Source: Geosiphon pyriformis uo1 (taxonomy: Eukaryota > Fungi > Glomeromycota). Taken from it: 64,000 nucleotides of DNA. Below, one piece after another: positions 1 through 10,623 of the stretch. A model generated the notes under the pieces. The model searched no databases, had not been told where the DNA came from, and saw only the letters and a list, made by a program, of their open reading frames with translations. Every line of letters starts with the position of its first letter. Position 1 is the stretch's first letter. The position numbers and the translations under genes are program-made. Where the stretch lies: assembly GCA_016748015.1 (NCBI GenBank), contig JAAOMT010000269.1, positions 153,592 through 217,591 of the forward strand, read 5' to 3'.

Positions 1-759
1 AAATTTTTTTAAAAAATAAACTATATTATAGTATAAAGACTTTTCCAAAAATTGACATCAAAAATTTTTTAGAACCATAAAATACACTAAACAGCTTGTT
101 ATCCAAAAACAAATTATTAACTAAAAAATTTTTTACTACTCTTGCCAAAAAATTGTTGGTAGAATTAACATATAACTTAATAAGATATTACAATAAATTT
201 GAAGAAATCCAGTTCAGAATCTACAAATCCAAATGCCTATAATCAAATAAATGTTCAAGAAGATTTAGAAAATTGTTAAGAAATATCATTGATGCCAGTT
301 TGGTCTTGGTTTGTATTTGTTCAAAAGATTTCAAACCATATAAAAAAAATAATACAGTGTCTTATTAAAAAAGTTACATGGCAAACTAGTTTTAAACTTA
401 AGATTTTTTCTAATTATAATGTTCTACTTATAATACATACTTGACAAGACAAAACCAAATTAGAATTTATAGCAAATTATGGACTGCAAAACAGCTAACA
501 CTAGATAAGAAAACTGTTTATCTATAATGATTTTCTTAAGCACTATATTGACAAAAAACTAAATATCTGAATGAGCTTTAAATAAACTTGGCTTAAACAA
601 TTTTTTAGTTAACAAAAAAATTTCCAAATATCTGTATGCTTTATTTTTTTTGGCAATAGAAATTGACAAGTCATTAATTTTCAAAAAAGCAAACTTGATG
701 CTTTGATTAATAGAAATAGTCACTATTTTTTTATTGTTAATTAAAATATTATTAACCAT
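1..759 (-). mobile_element. Degenerate LINE ORF2 fragment (RT C-terminal region), runs off the window start and abuts an LTR at 760
   Basis: ORF 559..759 (NNILINNKKIVTISINQ...IAKKNKAYRYLEIFL...KPSLFKAHSDI) and minus-strand 210-360 (LYGLKSFEQIQTKTKLAS) match the ORF2 segments at 17599-18130, 40460-40920 and 57490-57960. Confidence 0.85.
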
Positions 760-1570
760 TGTTACAAGTGATTATTTAGGGTTTCAAAGCAAATAACAAA
801 CCCATAACTTGGTGCTCAATTGCTATAATGATGTTGATTTTTGAAGATTGTTTGTATCTAAAGGTTTGGGTTGAATTCTTTGTATAATAGACAGAGACTC
901 ACTATGGTTGGTGTTGGTTGATTTCTCAAGTCGTTTTTCCCAATTTTTGTCTTCAGTGTAATGGCTGGTTTAATCTGACAGTTATGCCCTTCTGGTAAAT
1001 TATCTGTTAATATATATATAATTTTATCCTTATTTCTGGATCTTTTATTAGGTTATTTATAACATCAATAACTCAGTACTTTAATTTCTTTAATCAATTA
1101 ATACACAACAACAAAAGAAAATAAAATAAAAAAGATAAAAAAAAGATAAAAAAAAATAAGCCAAGACAATTGCAAGTTAGTATCCTATCAATAGCCATAA
1201 TCAAGAACTATTGTTCTAGTGTAATTAAGTATCAATTACTATTAACATAAAGTATTGATAGTGGAGGATGAATTAAGATAGTGAATAATTATTTATTAAT
1301 ATTTGTAATATGAAAGATTGCTTAGATTAAATCTAAACTGAAAGATCTGTTTTTTTTACTTTTAATACTATCATTATATATACATAATTAAGATTCCTCA
1401 ATTCCTCAATTCTTCATACCAGGAATTTTGCAATTCTTTTGAGAGGATCCTAAAATTCCTAGAATCTTGTAATTCTTTTGGGAGGAATCCTAGAATTTCA
1501 TATTTACTATGTCTACTTCTGATTAGCTAATTTTATATACTAATATTCTTTCTATATTCTATAAGTAACA
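760..1570 (-). repeat. 3' LTR of the Gypsy element
   Basis: Starts TGTTACAAG at 760, ends GTAACA at 1570 (6-bp terminal inverted repeat). Colinear with 9869-10623. Confidence 0.9.
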
Positions 1571-1590
1571 TTATTTCTTTTTTTTTAATA
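1571..1590 (-). other. Eroded polypurine tract
   Basis: Purine run on the minus strand (AAAAAAAAAGAAATAA) immediately internal to the 3' LTR. Confidence 0.45.
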
Positions 1591-2399
1591 TTGAACTCTA
1601 TCAAGATCTTCTAACTCTAATTCTTCATCTTTGAGTATTTTTTAAACTTCTTTTTTGAAAATTACTTGTATTATCTTGTTCTGTAATTTTTTAAATTGGA
1701 CATTGGTTATTTTTCTCATCTGGTTAATGGTTATGGAGTTCATTGCTAGATTGAGTAAGATTTTTGGTCAGTCTTGAAATCCAATTTGTAATTGATAGAT
1801 AGCTTATGTTTGTGTAATTAGATTGTTTTTTTCCATAAAATACTTAAGTTGTTGTAATATCTTTAAATCGAATAATTGCTTTGTCTTATCCATATATAAG
1901 TTCTGGATATTTAGATGTTGTCTTAAGTAAAAATAATAAAAGTTTCTTGGAAATTGTTGTATCTACCACTTTCAAGTTTTTTTAGTCACTTTTTAATATA
2001 GAATGACACTTGTTGGCTTTTCTATTGCCAATTTTACTTTTATAATTATTTTGTTAATAGTGCTTTCTGGTTTTTTCTGTATTTTGTATTGGTGTATTTT
2101 CCTGGTATCTTAATATCAAATGGTTTGTTGGTTGATAATAATTTCCATATTTTGTTGTTAAATTAATTGAAAGAGTTGTTGTGCCAGTGTGTATATGTTG
2201 TTAGTAATTTCTATTTTCTTTTTTTTGTTGTCTTTGTTGCATATACTATGTCTTTATATATTCTTTTGGTTGTTCAATTTCACATGTTTGGTTCAATAAT
2301 TATAATTGGTTTTAAATTTTGTGAAATCTTATTTGGTTGGATTAGTATTCTCTGTATTCTCAGTTGTGGAATATTACTGGTAGATGCTAATGCTATATT

Positions 2400-3480
2400 G
2401 CAATATAGTTTTAGTCAATTTCTATGTGCTGTTTTGGTTAAGATTTTGTTGTTTAACCTTAATTTATAAGCTCTATTTTCAAGAATTTTTTCTATGTAAA
2501 ATGGTTTGTCCTATTTGGGATCAAATTTTCCACTCCATTGTTTTTCCACTTTGGTATGATGTAAAAATACTTTGTTTTTAATCTTAAATTCAACTGGTTT
2601 ATCTAGTAGTTGGTTATTGTGTTTTTTTTTTTGTTTTTTTTGTGATTTTTGGATGTTATTAGCTGCTTTTTGTTATTTGTTTTCTAGTGTTTCTATTAAG
2701 TCATATGTTTTTCTCAACAATGTTCTTTGAAAATTCTCTTCTGTTATTGGTTCTGTTAAATATGTTTTGACTTCTATCTTAATTGGTAATGTTGCTGTTC
2801 TACTGTATACTAATTTAAATAATGTTATTTGTGTAGTGTCTTGCTTCATTGTTCTGTAAGCAAATAATACTAATAGTATAAACAAATTCCATTCATTCTG
2901 GTTTTCTTGGCTGATTTTGGCAATTGCTTTACACAATGTTCTATTAAATTTTTCTACTAGCCCATTGGTTTATAAATGATATGGTAATAATAATGGTCTT
3001 TTTATCCCAAATTTTTGACTTAATTTTGTTAATGTTCTATTCACAAAGTGAGTTTCTTGATCTAATAATAGTTCTTTTGGACATCTGTATCAACAGATCA
3101 AATCTTGATGAACAAATTCAGCAATGGATTTTGCATCTGCTCTTTGAATGGCTTTTGCTTCTGGCCATTTTGTGAGATAGTCTATGACTACTGCAATATA
3201 TCTGTTGTCTCTGCTGGTTATAGTTAATGATCCAATTAAGTCAATTCTGATGTGATCAAATAGTTGTCTTACTTTGAGTGGTTTCAATGGTTTGCTGGGT
3301 CTGGTTTCTCTTCTTCTCTAACAAGCATCACAGTTTTGAATGTATTGGATGATGTCTGAATACATTGATGACCAGTAGTATTTTTTTTTGGTTCTTTTCA
3401 TGGTTGCTTCTTTATGGAAATATCTTGCTATTGAATCTGAATACATGTTGAATAGTATTGTTTTTTTTTCTGGTTCTGTG
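2400..3480 (-). pseudogene. Gypsy integrase (HHCC, DDE core, GPY/F-like C-terminus), interrupted
   Basis: HSDSIARYFH...YYWSSMYSDIIQYIQNCDAC; IDLIG...YIAVVIDYLTKWPEAKA; LFAYRTMKQDTT; KQWSGKFDPK*DKPFYIEKILENRAYKL. Confidence 0.88.
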
Positions 3481-3739
3481 ATTACTTTGAGTGGTTGTTT
3501 TGGATCTTTCCTGTTCTTTTGATATAGTATATTTTGGTAGGTAATAAAATATTTTAATTGTTGTTTTGTTTTGTTTCTTTTAAGATAATTTTTCCTTGAA
3601 CAATTGGGTATTTATATAATGTTGAAGTTGTTGGTATTTTTGTATATTTATTTTTTATTATATTTTTGGGTTAAAATGTTTTTAGATTTGTCTCATTTAC
3701 AACAAACTGTCAGTATTTCTGTTTTCTTTTCTTTTTTTA

Positions 3740-4239
3740 TAATGTACTATATAATTAAATGATAAAAGTTCTATTTTCTATCTAATATGGCAATCATCTC
3801 CAAATTTTTGCTTTTGGATTAAAGTCAGTTCTTTATGGTCAGTGTATATGTCGAACTTTTGATTCAAGTATTCTTTCCATTTTATGATTACTCAATAGAT
3901 TGCTAAATGTTTCAATGCTGGTGTTCTATAGTTTTTTTTAGCTGGACTTAAGCTGCAGCTAGCATATGCTACTGGGTGTTTTCTTCTATCTGGTTCTTTC
4001 TGAGATAATACTGCTTCTAATGCTTGACCAGATACATCAATAATAATGATAAATAGTTTGTTGTAATTTGGGTAAATTAATACTAAAGCTTGAATAAGTT
4101 TTCTTCTCAGTGTGTCAAATGCTTTTTGTTGGATTTCAGTCCATTCGTATTTGGAGTTTTTTGTTTGAAATTTGTGTAGTAGTTGAGCTATTTTGGAAAA
4201 ATTTTTGATGAAGTAGCAATAGTATCCAGCAAATTCCAA
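3740..4239 (-). pseudogene. Gypsy RT connection/RNase H, interrupted
   Basis: ORF 3892..4239: FIKNFSKIA...WTEIQQKAFDTL...IIDVSGQALEAVLSQ...HPVAYASCSLSPAKKNY. Confidence 0.88.
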
Positions 4240-5091
4240 GAATACTCATAATTCAGTCAAGTTAATAGGTACTGGAAAATTTTTACCTATCTTAATTTTG
4301 TCTGGATCTGTTTTGATTCTGTCTTTGTTTACAACATGTTCCAAAAACTTGAGTTCAGTTTTGCCAAAAAAGCATTTGGTGGCATTTAGCTTCAATCCAA
4401 TTTTTTTTAGTCTTTCAAATACTTGTTAAAGATAATACAAATAATCATCAAATGTTTTTGAGAACACATTGGTGTTATCCAGATATACAACTATTGATTT
4501 CCATAGCAGTCTAATATAGACAATTTCTATGAGTCATTGAAATATGGCAGGAGCATTCATCAAGCCAAATAGCATTACTTCAAATTCAAAATTTTTTTCT
4601 CAAGTCATAAAAGCTATTTTCTCTTTATCTTTTGGTTTCATGGCTACTTGTCAGTAACCACTGTCTAAGTCTAATGTTGAAAATTATTTCTTTTCTTCAA
4701 AAGCATTAAACAGTTTTTGGATCTTTGGAGTTGGATAGCTATTTTCTTTTATTACTTTATTTAGTTTCTGATAATCTACACAAAAGTAGATTTTCTCATT
4801 TTTTTTACAGACTAATACCACTGGTAATAACTATGGGCTTATTAATAGCTGAATTAGCCCATTGTCAAGCATCTGATTGATTTTTTGATAAATAATCTCA
4901 TGGCTGGCTGGTAGTACTCTGTATGCTCTTTGCTTAATTTGCATTGTATCTCCAGTTTTTATCTGATGTTGAATGATGTCAGTTCTGCCAAATTCATTTT
5001 TACTGACAAAGATGTCATTAAAGTTGTTGAGTAACATTTTGAACTGCATACATTGTAGTAAGTCTAGATTTTCCAAGTTCATTTGTTCCAA
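4240..5091 (-). pseudogene. Gypsy reverse transcriptase, interrupted
   Basis: IKQRAYR; FCVDYQKLN; FSTLDLDSGY*Q; VMLFGLMNAPAIFQ; VVYLDNT (YLDD eroded by G>A). Confidence 0.9.
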
Positions 5092-5415
5092 TTATTCTGG
5101 TTGGAGCAGATAACATTCTTCTCATCCATATATTGTTTGTAATGTAATATTTACATATTTACACAGTTGTGGAAAGTTTGAAATGGGATTGTGTGATTGT
5201 TCTTCAACTTCAATGCTTAAATATCTGATGGTAGTTCCTTTTGGTATCTCAAGAACCTCTTCTGTTGTATTGTAAATGAGAATTTTAATGTGACTGTGGT
5301 TCTTGGCTGGTATGTATAAATTGACTAATCCAATTTTTTCTAATTCACAAAGTGTTGTTTTTGCTTTAAAAATCTGAACCTAATCTTTTATTTTTCTTTT
5401 TATGATTATCATGTA

Positions 5416-5970
5416 TTAGTCATATGGTAAAATAAAAATTGATTGATAAGTGGAGATAATTTTTTCTTTGTCAACAATTTCTTCCTCTGCCATATTAACT
5501 GGTACATTTATTTTACTCATGAATTCGAAACCCTGTATTTCTTTAGCTGTAATCCCTAATTCTTCTCTGTTTCTTACTAATACTAATTGAGCTATTTTAA
5601 CCAGAGGCAGGAATATTGCCTGTACTATTTTTTTATTTGGCTCTATAATATAGGCCTTTTCTGAATCATTTTGTAGTATTGTAATAATATTTCTCACATA
5701 TTCTGCATCAATTATTTCTCCTCTGATGTTGATTCCCTTTTTTACTAAACTACTCCTAAATGCTAATTGAACCATTATTGTTGCTGGAATTTCTAATATT
5801 ACTTTGAGATCAATACAGATGCATGAATGTGGTTCCAATTTGATGGTATTTTTTCTTAGATATCTCAGATCAAACCCTGCATTAATATCATGTGCACATT
5901 TTGGCATGATACTTTCATTATTATCATTGAACCATTTAAGTTTCTGCTTCTTGGTAAGATCAGAAAGCAC
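5416..5970 (-). pseudogene. dUTPase domain inside Gypsy pol
   Basis: Trimeric dUTPase motifs are recognisable: NAGFDL (I), RSS (II), IIDAEYVRNI (III, from IDxGYxG), KIVQAIF (IV), KEIQGFE (V, from RGxxGFGS). Confidence 0.85.
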
Positions 5971-7129
5971 AATATATTGTTCTGGATCTAAATCATAATT
6001 TAAATTGTTGTTATTTTGGTTGTCATATTAGATGGAGCTAGAACCAGTGTTTTTATCATCTTCATTGTTAAAGTTTAAATTGGGATTGAAAATTGATTTT
6101 AATTCAAATACACAGCTGCTAATTGGTTCTTGTTCTTTTGAGATTGTATAGATTATGTGTGATGGTAAATTGTAAATGAAGTCACACTTATTACAATATT
6201 GGAAGTCACATGAAATTAAGCAGTATTGACACAGTTGAGTATTTAACTGTTCTAAACATTGCTTTTGCTCTTCTCTTGTTGGTGCCAGGAATTGGTAGTA
6301 CTCATGGAATTTTTTGAGATCATCCTTAATATTGCTAAAGACATTGAACATTGGAACATATTCAGGCTTTAGAAGAGTTAATAGATTGTTTTTAATTTCC
6401 AGCAACTTGCTGGTTGTAGCACCTTCTGCTTTTGTGCTCACCATTCTCAAATGTTGCAATGCTCTTTTCCATGCATTATTAATTGAAGTGTTTTTACATA
6501 CTCAGTTATTGATTAGAATCATGTATTGACATGTTTTATTGCATGTCTCTCCTCTGCCAGGAATGTTGTTCCACATTCCTTTGTCAGGCAAGATAGTTCC
6601 ACAGACAAGACAAGGTTCATTATCCTATTTTCTTTGTCTTTTTGGTTGTCCAAATTGTTTTAGGATGCATAAATAACAATAGATTTTTGTTGCCATTGCA
6701 TATTCTTTATTATTACTACAGCATGTGCCTATTGATGACAATTTCTTGCCACAATCAATGCATACCAGTTTTGGTCAGTGATAGTTAGACAGTTGTGGTG
6801 AAGTGTAAGTGTATAGACTATAAGTGGTGATTGGTATTGGTTTTTCTTTCTTCTTTTTTCCTTTTTCCTTATTGTTATTTTCTTCCCATTTTTAATTTGA
6901 CAGCAGTTTATTATGGTTGTTGTCATTTCACAATGTTTGGTTGGTGTTTCAGGTAAGTTTTTCTTTTTGTTTTCCTTTTCTATTGTTGTTTTAAGTCAAA
7001 ATTAATAATAATTCATTGTGGTCTTCATTGGCCCAGAAAACTTGGTAAGCTTTTTAGGTAGATTTTTTTTTATTGTTGAACTTGATGAGTGGTGCTGACA
7101 TGTTGGTACTGAGTTTGAAATGACCACAC

Positions 7130-7530
7130 ATTGCTGGTACTTGCACATGTCATCCGTTCTGACTGAGTTGCAACTTCTGAGTAGTTCAGTCAAGCATTGC
7201 ATTTGTTTTGGACAGCCAATCATTACCAATAAGTGCTTGGTATTAAGTGGCTTTCATAATTAATACCTTGATTGATACAATGATACTATTGATCTCAATA
7301 AGTAAGTTATCTATTTCACCAATTAGAGTTTTGGTGGCTCTATCAATTATAATTATTCTTGTGCTAACAGCTTGATTAACTTGGTGACCTAATTGATCCA
7401 TAAGTTGTCTTGTAATGATATTGTCAGTTGATCCACTATTTAGAATCAGTTTGATGCAGTGGCCATCAATTTTGGCATTGGTGTACATTACAGTAATGGG
7501 TTTTTTTTTGAATATGGCTTTACTGAACAA
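7130..7530 (-). pseudogene. Gypsy aspartic protease
   Basis: IKLILNSGSTDNII (DSG eroded to NSG), followed downstream by ALIGNDW-like residues. Confidence 0.82.
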
Positions 7531-8079
7531 AGGGATTTCTGACAGTTTTTCAATTTTGAAAAAAAATATAGCTGTAAGTGACTTGTTTTTTATAACAGTG
7601 GCTGGTAAAATGTTGTTGGTAGGTGTTTAGTTGTGGTTGGTTTCCTGGTTATTAGATAAAGTGTCTTTTGGGATTACTAAAAGACTTTAATAGTATTGAG
7701 AATTCGGGTTTTGGGTGTACCTGATATCCAAATTCTGCTGTTAAGATTCTGATTGTTAAGTTAAAGAACTGAAGATTGGTTGATGGACTATTATTGCCAA
7801 TCTCCAGCTTTGTTGTGTTATTTTCGGTCTTTGGGTTTTATTTTAAGGTAAGTTTTATGGTGGTGTTTGAGTTTGTTGAGGCTAATATATTACTTATGGC
7901 TGCAATTGATATATTACAGGTGCCAGAGTCTGGTATATTGGTAGTTAATATATTGGTTGCTGCATTATTAATAGGTAATTTTGATAATATGGTTCTGGGT
8001 TTGGTTGATAACTTGGAGTTTGAAACCAGCAATCAGGGTTTTGATATTGATTTTTTGATTATTGGTTATTTAAGTGATG

Positions 8080-8870
8080 GCAGCAGTCAATTTGTAAGTG
8101 TCCTTGCTTTCTACAATAGTGACAATTACATGTTTTCTGTTGCCACTGTTAATTGGTTGAAGATAAGAGATGCAACTGATTTTAGAAATGATTTGTGTTT
8201 CCTGAATTATTGCATTATTGTGGTGGCTAATAAATTGTGCAATTTTCAGCTAAATATTTTTTTAGTTTTTGATTAATTAAATTACTAAATTGTTTTAGTT
8301 TAGAATCCAAGTCACATGATCTGTTTATTACTAGATTTATGGCTTGGACATGATTAGCTTTGAGTTCAGCTGCTTCAAAATCTCTGGTATTTATAATGGT
8401 GGCTTGAAAGTCTGCTGGATGTAATAGACATATATATTAAAGAATACTATTGTACAGGCCTTTAATGAATTGGTTTAGGATTTGTGGCACTGTGAAATAA
8501 TTAGCCTGTATTGCCTGAATTTGGTGCAGAATTCTGTGAAAGCATCCCAAGTAAGTAGTAACTGCTTCAGTTTTCCCTTGCTTAATAATAGTAAAAATGT
8601 TGGCTAAGTGTTTGATGCTGTTATTATTGCTGAAATATTGCTGAAATGCAAGCTTGGATGCATTGAAATCTTGGGGTTTGTTAACCAAGCTTTAATATCA
8701 TAAGTTGGCAGTATTCTAGAAAAAATATGGAATGGCTTACATGGCTTTGGCATCATTTCATCTATTGGCTACAATGGCTTTTTCAACATTGTTTAACCAC
8801 ACTTGGGTGTTATTTTTTTCATCCATGAACTTTTCAAGTTTTGCTATTGGGACATAGGCTATTGAATCTA
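8080..8870 (-). pseudogene. Gypsy gag (capsid plus CCHC zinc knuckle)
   Basis: IAKLEKF...QVWLNNVEKAIVAN...; IKQGKTEAVTTYLGCF...ILNQFIKGL; CHYCRKQGHLQIDC (CX2CX4HX4C) at about 8084-8125. Confidence 0.85.
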
Positions 8871-9850
8871 AGTTTGGTTGTTGTTGTTATTGTTATTGTT
8901 GGAGGGTAACTGAATTTAAAGTTGTGGTGGTGGCTGTTGTGATGTGACAACTGGTGGTAGGTTGATGATGATTACTAAAAGTAAAGTATTATTGATTATT
9001 AATGTCAAGATTTGGATTGTTCTGATTTTGCTAATTATTGAGTTTGGGATTGTTCTAATTTTCCTGAGTTTAAATATTTGGGGTTTCAACTTCTGGGTTT
9101 TCTACAATTAGATTCTAATAATTAAATTTCTGATTGTCATCTTCCTCTTCTTCTGATTTGGTTATCTCCCAGGGACTTATGGTTCTGAAATCTGGTTGAG
9201 GTGGTGGTGATCAAAATTCTGATGGTATTGGAGATTATGATTTGAATTCTTCAAAGTAATTGCCATAAGTTCTCAATAATTCTGCTTTCTTTTGTTTACT
9301 TTAAAATAGGAGTCATCCAAATGTTAATGTCACATTTGATGTAGGCACATCTGCTGATACAATATTGATAATACTTCTGAGTATGTAATGATATGATAGA
9401 TATAGTAGAGATTCAATTCTTTGTTTTTTTCACATTAGTAATTGTATTCTTTTTGGAGTTGCTGTTAGTGTTTGTAACTTTTTTTTACTCTTATCTGCAT
9501 AGGTAATAGGAAATTTTTGTTGAGTATATCTTTCAATTTCTTGATTAATTTTTCTGATAATTGGTGCAAAATTGTGATTTCATGGTAAGCTGGTATGTTA
9601 GATTAATTCTGTATAAAAATTTTTACTTGCTGATTTAATGTCAACTGGTCTTCCTAAAAAATCTGTAATTCTTTTATTGACATAAAAATTGAAGGCTGAT
9701 TCTACTGAATAATGGTTGTTGGTTAAGCCAATTGTTGGCTGTATTGTTGAAATAAAAATTTAGCAAATCCTAAATGGTTTGTCCCTATTATTTCTGATTC
9801 TGCCACTTTTGGATAATTGTTGTTAGTGCTGGTTCTCTGTAAAATTATAC

Positions 9851-9866
9851 TTCACAGAGAGCACCA
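9851..9866 (-). other. Primer binding site
   Basis: Minus strand TGGTGCTCTCTGTGAA lies 2 nt inside the 5' LTR and is complementary to a tRNA 3' end ...GAGAGCACCA. The tRNA is uncertain (elongator Met or Thr-like). Confidence 0.75.
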
Positions 9867-9868
9867 AA

Positions 9869-10623
9869 TGTTACAAATAATTATTTGGGATCTCAAAGCA
9901 AATAACAAACCTGTAACTTGGTGCTCAATTGCTATAATAATGTTGATTTCTGAAGGTTATTTGTATCTGAAGGTTTGGGTTAAGTTCTTTGTATAATGAA
10001 TAGAGACTCACTATGATTAGTGTTGGTTGATTTCTCAAGTTATTTTTCCCAATTTCTGTTTTCTGTATAGTGGCTGGTTTAATCTGGCAGTTATGCCCTT
10101 CTGATAAGCTATTTATTAATATATATATAATTCTATTCTTATTTCTGAGTCTTTTATCAGGCTATTTGTAACATCAATAACTTAGTGTTTTAATTCTTTT
10201 AATCAATTAGTACACAACAACAAAAGAAAAAAAAATAAAAAAAATAAAAAAAAATAAGCCAAGACAATTGCAAGTTAATATCTTATCAATAGCTATAATC
10301 AAGAGCTATTGTTTTAATGTAATTAAGTATTAATTACTATTAATATGAAGTGTTGATAGTGAAGGGTAAATTGAGATAGTGAATAATTATTTATTGATAT
10401 ATGTGATATGGAAGGTTGCTTAGATTAAATCTAAACTAAGAAGTCTGTCTTTTCTATTTTTAATACTACTGCTATATATACATAATTAAGATTTCTCAAT
10501 TCCTTTATTCTTCACACCAGAAATCTTAGAATTTCTGGAATCCTGGAATTCCATATTTACTATGTCTACCTTTGATTGACTAATTTTATATACTAATATT
10601 CTTCCTATATTCTATGAGTAATA
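9869..10623 (-). repeat. 5' LTR of the Gypsy element
   Basis: TGTTACAAA at 9869 to GTAATA at 10623 (C>T of GTAACA). It differs from the 3' LTR mostly by transitions and by copy number of a GGAATCCT-like subrepeat. Confidence 0.9.

Larger units (their letters stand above)
760..10623 (-). mobile_element. Ty3/Gypsy LTR retrotransposon with dUTPase (degenerate; gag-PR-dUTPase-RT-RNaseH-IN)
   Basis: Two direct LTRs with TGTTAC...GTAACA termini and a PBS next to the right LTR. The domain order PR-RT-RH-IN is read from the ORF fragments, which carry many transition-derived stops. Confidence 0.93.

Noticed and set aside
7776-8276. 166-aa hydrophobic plus-strand ORF, and similar ORFs at 2167..2469, 21438..21773 and 50379..50846
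   Set aside because: Antisense shadows of retroelement coding regions.
10490-10555. Heat-shock elements in the LTR GGAATCCT-like subrepeats
   Set aside because: Only two properly spaced nGAAn units, not conserved between the LTR copies.
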